Shown: positions 1 to 31,080 of the stretch, in pieces
How the letters are laid out: every line of letters starts with the position of its first letter
Position numbering within the stretch: the stretch's first letter is position 1
Assembly: GCF_009914755.1 (NCBI RefSeq)
Contig: NC_060933.1
Length of the DNA stretch: 64,000 bases
Direction: 5' to 3' (one strand)
DNA from: the human T2T-CHM13v2.0 reference genome, Homo sapiens
Program-made: the position numbers and the translations under genes
The notes under the pieces: generated by a model
Databases searched by the model: none
Told to the model about the DNA's origin: nothing
The model's input: the letters and a program-made list of their open reading frames with translations, nothing else

Positions 1-1171
1 TGAATGAACTCTGCACATACTGTAACTTCTATACAAGCATAATGGGTTACCATTAGGTTGCCATAATGGAAGTCCACACCATATGGTGCTTCTCCAGCCA
101 CATTCCTGTGCGCCATGAAGATGTAGGTATATATACTCCAAGTTTAGCTTGATGTCCTGGCTAGTGCAGGAAAAACACAATTCCCCCCACCACCCCCCGA
201 GTTTAAATATGAGGAGCTCTTAGAAAAATGTGCTGTTGACATCTCACTAAACAGAAGCAGAAGCCATCCCAAGAGGAGCTTAAAAGAGTAGTAATGTAAG
301 GCTCCAAAGAAAAATAAGAAATCATTGGCAAAGAGGGACAGAAAAGAAGCAAATAAAGGAGTTCTCTTTCCTTTTTTCTTCTACATGTCTGCATGCTGTG
401 GGGATTTGTCCTTGTCCTTTCTTTCTAGTTCTGACAAAGTATTTCAAATCTGGAGTGTTTTTAATATAAAAAGAGACCTTGAAGAGCTTTAACGCCAAAT
501 GAGCCCAATTACTCCTTGGCTGTATGTTTGGTACTTAAGGAGGCTTATTAATTCTTTGATACTAAAATGAGTCCTATTTGAAGACAGATGGGAGAAAATT
601 TTGTTCTCATCCATAGAGAATTAAGAATTTTTAAAGACTACTAAGACCAGTCTTACTTTTTTTCTGGGAGTTGGAGATGTTCTCTTATTTTACCAAATGA
701 GGAATTCTCTAACAAGTCTCAGAGCATGAATATGTCACTCTTTTTCTGTGATACTCTCACCTTTTAAATGAACCATGCAAATCAAGAGAAAAGATGTTAA
801 AGTTTTGAAACCTCAGGCACAAATTAAGTTTGTATCAGGTGGGACTACATTCTCATTTGTGTTTACTTCATGGGTATTTGTATGTCAGCCTTATATACTC
901 CAGAAAGATGGATCAATGCCCATGATGGTTTTCTTTTTAATATGAATCATTTGTAATTCTTACACAGGGAATACATTTTTCAATTATGCACTTAAAGAAC
1001 CAATAATTCTTCTCACAGAGCCTTAAAATCACAGTAAAATGTTCTCATATTGGTATTAAAATTAGTAAAAGTAATTTTATCTTCCTTGTTTATGGGATAG
1101 ATTTCTCACATTCTGAAATGCCTCTACTCTTTCCTCAACTCTCACTCAAATTTTCAAAACGATTACAATAG

Positions 1172-1545
1172 GTGTTACTAGGGTTTGGATTCTTTGCTAC
1201 TCCTCCCTCCAAAATCCTTCCTCTGGGAGCTTGTTCTTCCTTGCCTCCTTGACTTCAGGCTTGGTCATGTGACTTGCTTTGGCCAATGAGATATGAAAGA
1301 AAATAATATGTACATTTTGGGGTAAAGCCTTAAGAACTATCACACGGCTACCATCTTCTCTTTTCCCTCACCCAATATCAGCAGCCATGTCCCAACTAGC
1401 ATTACACCCTCAGCATAGGTCCTAAAATAAAGATCAAGTGGAGCTATATGATGGACATACAGCATGAACAAGAGATAAAAGTTTGTTGTCGTCAAGCTCT
1501 GCGATTTCAGAGATCCTTTGTTACTGCAGCAAAACTTAATCTGAG
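1172..1545 (+). mobile_element. MLT1-family (ERVL-MaLR) solo LTR, old
   Basis: Typical motifs ttggtcatgtgacttgctttggccaatg and tttgttactgcagca near the 3' end. Confidence 0.65.
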
Positions 1546-2104
1546 AATGAGAAAGGGCTTTGTAGATTGTTTTACATATTATGTTTATGTAATATAAATA
1601 TTATAATAATTGGTAAAAACTATAAGATCTACAAATTTTCTGGTACAGTTCAAAGGAATGGGAATAGCAAGAAGAGTACACGAAGTGAGTTGGCATGTCT
1701 GTGTTACAGAACAATAATTCTCAGATTATTTTTGCCCATGGGCCACACCATTAGATTACGTCTACTCTAGGTCTATAAAAGGACTCCCCAGGGCTGCAGG
1801 AGTCTTGTCATTTTATAAGAAGGACTCTCAGAGCACACCTACAAGATCACTATTCAATGTATGATCTGTAAACTTTTTCACCATTCTGCAATAAGACGAG
1901 CCCAGAAATTAGGAATAAGTGTGTAGAAATTCTTATAGCAACTTGATATTGCCAGAATATCCAAGCTCAAGATTGGTGAAATTGTCTTGTTGAATGAGGT
2001 AAGAGACCAGTGGGGGTGTTTTCAGACTTGTACACTGAGTCACATGTGGCACAAACTGCATTCTAGGATTCTACCACAGATCAGAGAGTTAAAAAGAAGG
2101 AGAT

Positions 2105-2467
<363 letters not shown>

Positions 2468-3941
2468 TCATCCCAAATCGTTTGAAAAGCACTGGTCTTG
2501 AACCTGCTTGAAAGTCATCAATAGAAATATTGCACTTAAAGTGATGGGAAACCCAATATAGGACCTAAAGGACACAGGAACACTTTATGTAAAATTTAAC
2601 CATTCTCTGGGGGAAATCCATGTCTGTACCAACAATCTTCCTGGCATTTTTCTGTCCCACTGGAGATTTACAAAGGCAGAGAGATAAGTAGCATTTCTTA
2701 GTTACTGACTGTATGCAGAATCAATACAGATAGTTCTCAGGTTACCAAATACTGTGTCACAGAACGCAGTGAATATGTTGGTTGTCACAAACACAGAATA
2801 CATTTTTCCTTAGAAGCAATTTTACTAATGGTGGGGAAAGCCCTAGCCTATAAAAGTTGACTTTAAGAAGTAACTTAACTGTCATTTTCTATACTCACCT
2901 GACTTCTGGGTTTGTAAGAAAGGAATTAAGCTGATAGAGTAAGAAAAAGGGGAAAGAGAGAAAGCATTAAACTATTCTTAAACTTTTATTTGGGACTCTC
3001 TCACCTTCCTTTATTGTTTCTCTTCTATCTCTTCATGCCCTCTCATCCAACCCTCTCTCCTCTTATGCTCCCCCAGGCCCTGAAAATATGCTATTCATCA
3101 AAATTATTTCTTTCTGTTTCTTTTAATGTTGGCAATCTCAGGCATCAAGGAAATAACCAAGCCGATTAGATTAATTTATACTAAGGTGTGGGTAGCTGAT
3201 GGCATCTTAATCCGCCTAGAGATATCTGCTGTTTTAGGAGAATACACTTATTTTAACCCGAATAAACCTCAAATGGGAAGTACAAGAAAGTGAAAAAAAT
3301 ATTGGGGAAAACAGATAAAAATGTTCCAGGTCAAAGATGCAGGATGCCTTTTGTCTGAGCTATTGTCTCCTAATTACTTCCTACTTTACACAGTTTTCTC
3401 CATTTTTCTGTTTCTTATATAAAATTTCCAAGTTTTTTCATGGTGACGTTCAGCACTAAGAGTGCAGGAGTGCAGGCAGTCATTGATAGAAAGCAGTCAT
3501 TTTTACGTGTGGTATAGGTCAAGGACAGTTTCCATGAGTGAGAACTGAGTGAGAACTGAGGGAGGAAATACAAAAATACTTCGAAGAAAAAAAATTTGGA
3601 ATGTCATAGATGCAAGTTGAAAGAAATCTTAGAGATGATGCAATCTAGTGGGTCCTAAAGTGTAGAACATGAGGAGCCTTTATGTGGTACACTGGCAAAT
3701 CACTGAACAAAGTAGAATCACACAGGAAAAAATCACTCCCTTTTCATTTCTGTGTCAGGTTTTTTTTATTATATTAAGGAGAACAGCTCAGCTTATGTAG
3801 ACTTTAAAACCTCTCTAACGTTGCTTATTTTAATAAAGAGAGCAGGCCTGGGGGTCAGAGTCTCCAACAGGCAATGGTCTCTTTGTAGCATTTAATAAAA
3901 TTGTTTTAGTTTCACTGTTTTAATTTTTACCATGATTTTGA

Positions 3942-4350
<409 letters not shown>

Positions 4351-4890
4351 TAAAAAGAAAATAAGTTCAAAGAAAATCTTAGGCAAATAATATAAGTGGT
4401 ATATAGAAGAAGAAAAAAATTGTAAAGGTTGTATGCAGAATATTGAAGCCAGGAAATGCTGATCTGAAGAGACTTCACATTTGAGTTTAAACCTGATGGA
4501 AAGACACATGTGAATATGAGAAGAAACCCCCCAAAATGGTATTAAGATAAAACACAAACCTGTCACTGGTAGCTAGTATAGTGTATTCCTCTAAACAGAC
4601 ATATTTGCACAAGCTATAAATGGATGTGGCCAAGGGGTTAGCAATAACAAACTTCAGTGACACATTTCTTCAGAAACTCTGCTTTATATTTGCATACTTA
4701 ACCTACAGCATTACCAGAATCAACATTTCCCTCTCTCTTCCTCTTACAAAATAGTCCTTGGGGACTGCCCATCAGTTACAGATGTTTCAGCACATTTTTC
4801 AGTTCATGACCAGAGAAAGGATAATCCTGTAAGAATGGAGGAAATTTACATATAACATTGCATACATTCTTAGTCTAAATAACGATAATA

Positions 4891-5396
<506 letters not shown>

Positions 5397-5597
5397 TATA
5401 CCTCTTGGATTTCTGCCTCTGGCTCTAATTAAGTAACATGTGGTAGATTAGTGCTCCTGCTAAGAACAACTTGAAAAGCCAGAAAACATAATTTAAAAAT
5501 CTATTTGAAAGCATTAAGTGCATTTGAAGTTGATAGAAAATTGCCAAGATTTGAGAGTAAAAGATCACAGAGATGAGACTACTTTAAAAATGTGGCC

Positions 5598-6250
5598 CAC
5601 AAAACAGAAAAACAATACAGAAAATCAACGAATCCAAGAGCTGGTTCTTTGATAGAGGAAATGGTAAAATTCACAAACTTCTACCATACTGATTCAGAAA
5701 AATATGAAGAGAAGACACAAATTACCAATACCAAAAGTGAAAGAAAAGGCATCAGTGCAGATCTAAAGGACCTTAAAGATACAAGGGTATATAATGAACA
5801 ACTTTATGCCAATAAATTTGACAACTTAGATGAAATAGACAATTCATTGTAAGACACAAATTACTGAAATTGACCTGAGAAGAAATAGAAAACTCGAACT
5901 GCCCAATACCAATAAAAGAAATTAAATTCATAGTTGACAGCTTTCCACAAAGAAACTCCAGGCCCAGATGGCTTCACTGATGAATTCTACCCAACATTTT
6001 AAGGTTATAATCCTACACACACTTTTTCAGAAAATAGAGAAGGAAGAAACATCAAATCATTTTATGAGGCCAGTATTACCCTTAATCCAAAACGAGACAA
6101 AGGCATCACAAGAAAGTAGGATAACAGAACATTAGCCCTCATAACATAGATATAAAATTTTTTTAAATGTTAGCAAATTTAATCTAACAATATATATAAA
6201 GGATAATACATCATAACCAATGGGATTTATACTGGAAATGCAGGTTGGTG
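5598..6250 (+). mobile_element. Old L1M ORF2 fragment (host of the L1PA insertion)
   Basis: Diverged ORF2: YNEQLYANKFDNLDEID, ccaggcccagatggcttcactgatgaattctac (PGPDGFT.EFY). Confidence 0.85.
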
Positions 6251-7297
6251 TGTCAGGCAAAACCCAATTAATAGAGAGAACTAGGTGGAGGTTCCAAGAT
6301 GGCTGAATAGGAACAGCTCCAGAATACAGCTCCCAGCGTGAGCGACGCAGAAGATGGGTGATTTCTGCATTTCCAACTGAGGTACAGGGTTCATCTCACT
6401 AGGGCTTGTCAGACAGTGGGTGCAGCCCACGGAGTGTGAGCTGAAGCAGTGCAGGGCATCGCCTCATCCAGGAAGTGCAAGGGGGTCGGGGTATTCCCCT
6501 TCCTAGCCAAGGGAAGCCGTGACAGATGGTACCTGGAAAATTGGAACACTCCCATCCTAATACTGCGTTTTTCCAACAGTCTTAGCAAATGGCACACCAG
6601 AAGATTATATCCCGCACCTGGCTCGGAGGGTCCCATGCCCACGGTGCCTCACTCACTGCTAGCACAGCAGTTTGAGATTGAACTGCAAGGTGGCAGCGAG
6701 GCTGGGGGAGGGGCATCTGCCATTGCTGACGCTTGAGCAGGTAAACAAAGTGGACAGGAAGCTCAAAATGGGTGGAGCCCACCACAGCTCAAGGAGGCCT
6801 GCCTGCCTCTGTAGACTCCACCTCTGGGGGCAGGGAATAGCTGAACAAAAGGTAGCAAAAACTTCTACAGACTTAAACGTCCCTGTCTGACAGCTTTGAA
6901 GAGAGTGGTGGTTCTCCCAGCATGGAGTTTGAGATCTGAGAACGGACAGACTGCCTCCTCAAGTGGGTCCCTGAGCCCGAGTAGTATAACTAGGAGACAC
7001 CTCCCAGTAGGTGGCCACTGATACCTCATATGGCCACAGGACCCTCGGAGATGAAGCTTCTAGAGGAAAGATCAGGCAACAACATTTGCCATTCTGCAAT
7101 ATTTGCTGTTCCGCAGCCTCCGCTGGTGATACCCAGGCAAACAGCGTCTGCAGTGGACCTCCAGCAAACTCCAAAGGATCTGCAGCTGAGGGACCTGACT
7201 GTTAGAAGGAAAACTAACAAACAGAAAGGACATCCACACCAAAACCCCATCTGTACATCACCATCATCAAAGAACAAAGGTAGATAAAACCACAAAG

Positions 7298-8320
7298 ATG
7301 GGGAGAAACCAAAACAGAAAAGCTGAAAATTCTAAAAATCAGAGGGCCTCTTCACCCCCAAAGGAAGACAGCTCCTCGCCATCAATGGAACAAAGCTGGA
7401 TGGAGAACGACTCTGACGAGTTGAGAGAAGAAGGTTTCCGATGATCGGTAATAACAAACTTCTCCGAGCTAAAGGAGGATGATCAAACCCATCACAAAGA
7501 AGCTAAAAACCTTGAAAAAAGATTAGACGAATGGCTAACTAGAATAAACAGCATAGAGAAGACCTTAAATGACCTGATGGAGCTGAAATTCATGGCATGA
7601 GAACTACGTGACACAGGCACAAGGTTCAGTAGTCGATTCAATCAAGTGGAAGAAAGGTTATCAGTGATTGAAGATCAAATTAATGAAATGAAGTGAGAAG
7701 AGAAGTTTAGAGAAAAAAGAGAAAAAAGAAATGAACAAAGCCTCCAAGAAATATGGGACTATGTGAAAAGACCAAATATCTGATTGGTGTACCTGAAAGT
7801 GACGGGCAGAGTGGAACCAAGTTGGAAAACACTCTGCAGGATATTATCCAGGAGAATTTCCCCAACCTAGCAAGGCTGACCAACTTTCAAATTCAGGAAA
7901 TACAGAGAATGCCACAAAGATACTCCTTGAGAAGAGCAACTCCAAGACACATAATTGTCAGATTCACCAAGGTTAAAATGAAGGAAAAAATGTTAAGGGC
8001 AGCCAGAGAGTAAGGTTGGGTTACCCAAAAAGGGAAGTCCATCAGACTAACAGCAGATCTCTTGGCAGAAACTCTACAAGCCAGAAGAGAGTGGGGGCCA
8101 ATATTCAACATTCTTAAAGAAAAGAATTTTCAACCCAGAATTTCATATCCAGCCAAACTAAACTTCGTAAGTGAAGGAGAAATAAAATACTTTACAGAAA
8201 AGCAAATGCTGAAAGATTCTGTCACCACCAGGCCTGCCTTACAAGAGCTCCTGAAGGAAGCACTAAACGTGGAAAGGAACAACTGGTACCAGCCACTGCA
8301 AAAAACATGCCAATTTGTAA
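7298..8320 (+). pseudogene. L1 ORF1p remnant
   Basis: MGRNQNRKAENSKNQ... with premature TGA at 7442-7444 (codon 49) and further stops or frameshifts. Fragments match track ORFs 7753-8013 and 8062-8376. Confidence 0.9.
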
Positions 8321-8383
8321 AGACCACTAATGCTAGGAAGAAACTGCATCAAATAATGAGCAAAATAACCAGCTAACATCATA

Positions 8384-12177
<3,794 letters not shown>

Positions 12178-12395
12178 ACAATGAGAACACTTGGACACAG
12201 GGTGGGGAACATCATACACGGGGGCCTGTCATGGGGTGTGGGGAGGGGGGAGGCATAGCATTAGGAGATATACCTAATGTAAATGACGAGTTAATGGGTG
12301 CAGCACACCAACATGGCACATGTATACCTATGTAACAAACCTGTACGTTGTACACATGTACCCTAGAACTTAAAGCATAATTTAAAAAAGAACTA

Positions 12396-14793
<2,398 letters not shown>

Positions 14794-15979
14794 CAAAATT
14801 TTCAAATTCAGAAGAAATCACTAAGACAGTGAATAATGAGAAAGGGTATTTGAAATACATATGTCCAGAAAAGGGCTCACATAGAGGAAAGAATAAGATG
14901 GACAACCTTATAGTAAAGTAAGAAGAGGCTGAACAGATGCTTCACAGAAGAGGAGCTATCCAAATGCCCATTAAATATTATGAAAAGGTGCTCAATCAGG
15001 GTTGTTTTTCATTTCATTTAATTTTTCCAGAGAGCTTGTTGGCAAACGTTTACCAGAGCATTCTTGAGTGAGGTCTATGCTATTCTTTGTGGTATTATTT
15101 GTAACAGCAAAATACTGGAAACAAACCAGATTTCTATCACTTGTGAACTTGTTAAATAAACTATGGATGCACCCACACAGTGTAGTATTCTGCAGCAGTG
15201 CAAAGGAATCAGGAAGATTTCTTTATAATAAACCTACACAGAGAAATATTAAGTAGAAAAAGAATGAGGAAGATTTCAGTATTATGATATTGAGTAAGCA
15301 CAAGAATATATTCTTCAATGAAAAAAGGAGGCACAGAACAGGGCTTGTAAGCTGCCATTTTGTGTACAAGGGAGGGGAATATGAATATAACTGTGTGTTT
15401 ATATTTTCTAAAAAGAGGCAACTGAAGAATAAACCAAACACTAATAGATAATTAGTCGCTACCTACAGTGGGAGAGAGGGTAGTAGAAGAAGAGAGTCGT
15501 TGGATATTAATGTGAGAATTCTCTGATTGTGCCAGTTTCTTGTTTGTCTGTTTTATTTTTTTGAAATACAGATGGGGTCTTGCTATGTTAACCAGGCTGG
15601 TCTCAAACTCCCGGGCTCAAGTGATACTCTCTCCTCAGCCTCCCAAATTGCTGGAATTACAGATGTGAGCCAACATGCCTGGCCTGATTATATTGTTTTA
15701 TAGTTTTGAGTGAACTATGTAAATGTTTTAAATAATTTAAAAATTATGAAATTCTTAAAAACCAGTTTCTGACATTTGAAAACAAAGGGATGAATGTAAT
15801 CCACTGATGAACAAAATCATATTCATACAATGAATATAATCATAGCTGTATATCAAATTGATGGAATAACACAGGGAAAATAATTCTTTACAGTATCTTT
15901 TAAATATAGTAATTTGATTATATATCTTTACTGGTGTATCTCTGGGGACCATGAGAACCACAGAGAAATCTTAAACTGA

Positions 15980-16361
<382 letters not shown>

Positions 16362-16494
16362 TAGTATTAGGAAATAAGTACTTGAATTAATGTTTTTAAG
16401 AACCAAGATTTTCAAGGAAAAGAGAAAAGAAATAAGAATAAAAATTTCTAAAGTGTAGCCACAATCCTAAAAGCTTAAATTTGAATTGATTCAT

Positions 16495-17540
<1,046 letters not shown>

Positions 17541-17559
17541 AAACAATAATATGAACTTA

Positions 17560-18960
<1,401 letters not shown>

Positions 18961-19539
18961 TGTCCAGAGCATTGTCCTTCATGTCCCTGCTTGCAACATT
19001 CCCTGTGGGCCTTTGTGGATAAAATCTACAGCTGTGAAGATGTATTCTTTCCTGTCTTTTGGCTCAATTAGGGCTCAGGGCATTTACCTACACCTCACTG
19101 CAAGGCCTACACCTCACTTCAGCTACTGCTAGTAACAAATATGCAAGTCTGTACATTGGGCCAGTTCACAGAGGTTCCCTAGACTCTAAGGAGGGTCACT
19201 CACCCAGCCCATGACCATACTGTGGCTCTCAAGTCAGCACCCCTGCCTCCAGTTACCAAGGGTGGTTAGGAAATGAAATCTCAGAGTATCTCTCCACCTG
19301 GCCACACTGCCTTGCTGTGTTGGTGTTGGTGTGGTTGTGGCTGCACCCCAGGTTAGGAAGGGGCAACCTGGGAGGCAGACCCCTATCTGGGGAGTGGGAG
19401 ACAGAGCTGCTACCCTCCTTTTTCTAACATACACTCCTTCCTGGATGAAGCTTAGAGAGAGAAAACAGGACCACCATCGCTTCTCCTGTCTCCCTTCCTT
19501 CTTCCCATCATTCTCTTGACCACACAATAATTTCTTCTT

Positions 19540-21119
<1,580 letters not shown>

Positions 21120-21179
21120 TTAATTAATTAATTAATTAATTAAAAACATAAGTGTGTGTGTGTGTGTGTGTGTGTGTGT
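21120..21179. repeat. (TTAA)6 followed by (GT)14 microsatellites
   Basis: Read directly: 21120-21143 and 21152-21179. Confidence 0.95.
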
Positions 21180-23073
21180 ACCGTTTTCCAGTGTAATTCA
21201 TTTCCCCATGTAATTCCCATGTAATTCAGGTCAAAGCTAAAATATGCTTTTCAATCTCTAAATGATGTCTCATTATCTAGTGTACTTTTACACACTTAAT
21301 CTTTAGCCAGTTCACTTTACTAGACAGTTAAGTTGTTTCCAGCTGAGCTGGGGTGAAGAGCCCTTGTGCACATCTTTGGGTATTTTTTTCGTTATAAGTT
21401 TCTAGAGGTAGAGTGTTTGAGTTAGAGAATACATGCACTTATGACTGATGTTACTAATTGCCTAACTGTCCTCAGAAAAGTCACAGCATTGTCTGGGTCT
21501 ACCCGCAGGGTGTGACACTACCCATTTCTCCATACCTTCTCTAAGTTTACAATTTATAATGTTAAAAGTATAAATTTTGCAATTGTAAATTTTAAAAAAC
21601 GTATGTCAAAATATCTTTACCTAGCTGGTAAATATTGGTTTAAACTTGTATTTAGTTCTAGTGAGATTGAAGATTTTTTCATGTTTTAATATGTATTGAC
21701 TATTTGCATTTATTAATTTAAATGGTATCTTCAGATAAGAAAATTGAGTTTCAGAAAGTTTAAATTACTTGGTCAAGGACATACAGCTTGTGTGAGGCAG
21801 ACAGAGAACTTTTCTTTCATATCCTAAAATGAAATGGAATTTTTCTTCAATTTGTCAGAGTGAGCAATAAAGCCCATGAGGTAAAGTTCTATTGAAGCCA
21901 AGAGTTCAAGGTCATATAACTAATAGATAAGTTCTTTCCAGCCATAGTATCTTTATAAAATATTACTTGGAGAATTGTCGTGAAAGTTTAATGAGTTACA
22001 GTTCTTTTCTTCTTCAATTTATAGTTCCAAGATAAGTTCTATCTAGACTGAGATTGGAAGATGAAGAGACTGTTAAAAAGTGTGTCTAGCTGCGCTGACA
22101 CCATCTTTCTCCCCACCCATGGGTCACGAAAATCCATGCAGCTGAGATGCTGAAGGAGACTCTGGTACTCCATGACCTCCTCCTCACTTGCCACCGCATG
22201 AGGACAAAGCAATCAACCATAAATGTTTTATGATGATAGAATACAACCAGGCAACTATTTCTAGAGATACTCAGAAGCTGATGTCTTACTTTTTGTTTCT
22301 GAATGCCCTTTTCATTTGTATCCTAATTAATATATGGTCTGTTGATGTAACTTTTTGTGGCAAAGTCAAAGTCTCCTTCCTTTAGTAACTAACAGGAGAG
22401 GCCATGAGTCAACTATTTTTTAAAAAGGGAAAAAAATAACAACAAAGGAAATACCAGAATCACTTAAGTCTTTAAAAAGCAGCAACAGCATACTAGCAAA
22501 ATGTAATTAATAAAAACTAGCCAAAGGTTTATTTGGATGGTGGAATTTGAAGGACTTAGGGAAAAAAAGAGAGAAGCTAACATTTATTGGAAGGAAAAAA
22601 ACATTCTAACAAGTCTTTCAATTTGGCTTGGAGAAAGAACTTTTTCTTCCAGGAGCTGAGTGGCCAAGTTCTTTCAAGTAGAGCTTGCAAGGGAAATGCC
22701 TCTCAACTTTTGTTCAATTTGAGATCATTTGTGTCCATGACTATTAGAGGACAATAAAGTAAAAAAGAATCGAAGTTAAAGATTAGTATCACTAGACATC
22801 CCCCCAAAGTGATGCTTCATATACTATATCTTGCTTTAGGCAGAGAAATGCCGTAAATTGGTTGCAAGCAGCAGTTACAGAGGATTCAGGAGTTCAACCA
22901 CTGCCGCGTGAAATGTATTTAGTGCCCAATGGAGCACAGCACATTAGAGACCAAAGTGTCTGCTGGACACAGGTGAATGGACTCTTAAAGACCTTGCACA
23001 AAATACAACATGTAACTCGGCTAGTTTTTTTTGTAACAACTCTATATTTGTTCCTTACATAAGAGGTGTTGGT

Positions 23074-23375
23074 GGCTGGGTGCGGTGGCTCACGCCTGTA
23101 ATCTCAGCACTTTGGGAGGCCAAGGTGGGCAGATCACGAGGTCAGGAGTTTGAGACCAGCCTGACCAACATGGTGAAACCCCATCTCTACTAAAAATTCA
23201 AAAAAATTAGCTGGGTGTGGTGGTGCACGCCTGTAATCCCAACTACTCAAGAGGCTGAGGCAGGAGAATCACTTGAACCTGGGAGGCGGAGGATGCAGTG
23301 AGCCGATATCATGCCACTGCGCTTCAGCCTGGGCAACACGAGTGAGACTTCGTCTTGGGAAAAAAAAAAAAAAAA
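23074..23375 (+). mobile_element. AluS with 13-bp TSD, followed by MIR sequence (~23389-23660)
   Basis: TSD aagaggtgttggt at 23061-23073 and 23376-23388. MIR core gcttcagtttcctcagctgtaa follows. Confidence 0.92.
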
Positions 23376-23750
23376 AAGAGGTGTTGGTTAAGTGCACAAA
23401 TTCTAGAGCCAGACCATCTGGCTCAACCCTTTCTCCTCCTGTTACTGACAGGGAAAACTTACACAAGGAGCTGAATCTTTTTGTGCTTCAGTTTCCTCAG
23501 CTGTAAGATAATGATGATAAGCCATCATATCTCATTTGATTCTTCCAGCAGCCTCATGAAGAAACAATAATCCTCACCTCACTGAGATACTGAGAGGACC
23601 AAGTGAATTAGTTTGGGCCAAGTGCTTAGAAGAGCGCCTGGTATATAAGTGCTTTGTGTTTGCTTTTGTTGTTGTTGTTGTTATTACCAGCTAAAATGGA
23701 ACTTCTATGTAGCAATAGTATAAATATAGTTTAAAATCCACTTGGCCCGC

Positions 23751-25315
<1,565 letters not shown>

Positions 25316-25351
25316 CTACCAGTGATCTACTTTTGAGACTCCTGCCTCTGC

Positions 25352-25657
25352 TTTTTTTTTTTTTTTTGAGACGGAGTTTTGTTCGCTCTTGTTGCCCAGG
25401 CTGGAGTGCAATGTCGCAATCTCAGCTCACTGCGACCTCCGCCTCCCCAGATTCAAGCAATTCTCCTGCCTCAGCCTCCCAAGTAGCTGGAATTATAGGT
25501 TCCTGCCACCATGCCCAGCTAATTTTTTGTATTTTTAGCAGAGATGGCGTTTCACTATGTTGGCCAGGCTGGTCTCAAACTCCTGACCTCAGGAATCCAC
25601 CCCCCTTGGCCTCCCAAAGAGGTGGGATTACAGGCGTGAGCCGCCGCACCTGGCCCG
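25352..25657 (-). mobile_element. AluS (Sp/Sq-like)
   Basis: Full reverse-complement Alu with T tail. Confidence 0.9.
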
Positions 25658-25801
25658 ACTTTTGCTTTTAGTCGGGGAGATTTTTATTATTTCAAAATGT
25701 TTGTATATATTGAAATTTTTAAAATCTTTTATATTGTACTATTTTCAATGCATAATTTAAATGAACATAAAACAAGTATGCACTATAGGAGCTTTAGGTG
25801 T

Positions 25802-27705
<1,904 letters not shown>

Positions 27706-27737
27706 TTTTTTTCTAAGCACATGGTTTTATTTCGTCT

Positions 27738-28805
<1,068 letters not shown>

Positions 28806-29539
28806 CCCCTTCTGACATTTCTTCAGATCTTCCTCGGACACCCAACGACCTTAAAATCCCTCTAACCTTCTTTCTCTCAAAGTTTACTTTCTATAAAGAG
28901 CTGATAAACTCATTCATACTAAAGTCTACAGGGTTGTAAATCTTAATCTATTATCGCTTAAAAGATGCTTGTATCAATTTACACCAAAGGGATGAAGCTC
29001 TAATTGTGGGGATTTAGTCATCAGAAAATCTAGTAGGGGAAATTCTCCCTACCCACAATCAGAGTAGATTCTACAATAGCAAAAAGGGTTCCAGGCTCAC
29101 TTAACTTTAGGAACGCTGATAAGAAGACCGCTGACAGCTGCGGAGGTACTGATTTGGTAAAGGGAGGGAAAGAGATTGTATACGTGAGAGTGAAAAAATT
29201 GGGTAGAAAAATGGAAGAGCATCAGAAATTCACTTAGCAACACCAAATATATTTGGCACCACTAACCTAGTTTCTCCTGTGTTTGCCTTTCCAATCCGTT
29301 GGACCTTAGGGGATGGACCGCCCACTTTCTCCCCAGAGCGGCTCCCGGGTCCGGTTCTCAGTCCTAATCACTGCCCCAAGCCTCCATGCTCCAGGGCCTG
29401 TGGTCACAGAGCAAGTCCCAAGGAGCAGAAGTAAAGTTCTAAGAGAAATCACCATCTCCTTGTGCAGGGAACACTCCCAAGCCCAGTGTCCACAGACAAA
29501 TCACCTCCAGCGACTCGAAGAGGAGAATAATCCCTGTGG

Positions 29540-31080
<1,541 letters not shown>

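Noticed and set aside
3535-3560. 11-bp tandem duplication tgagtgagaac
   Set aside because: Ordinary slippage-scale duplication with no further structure.
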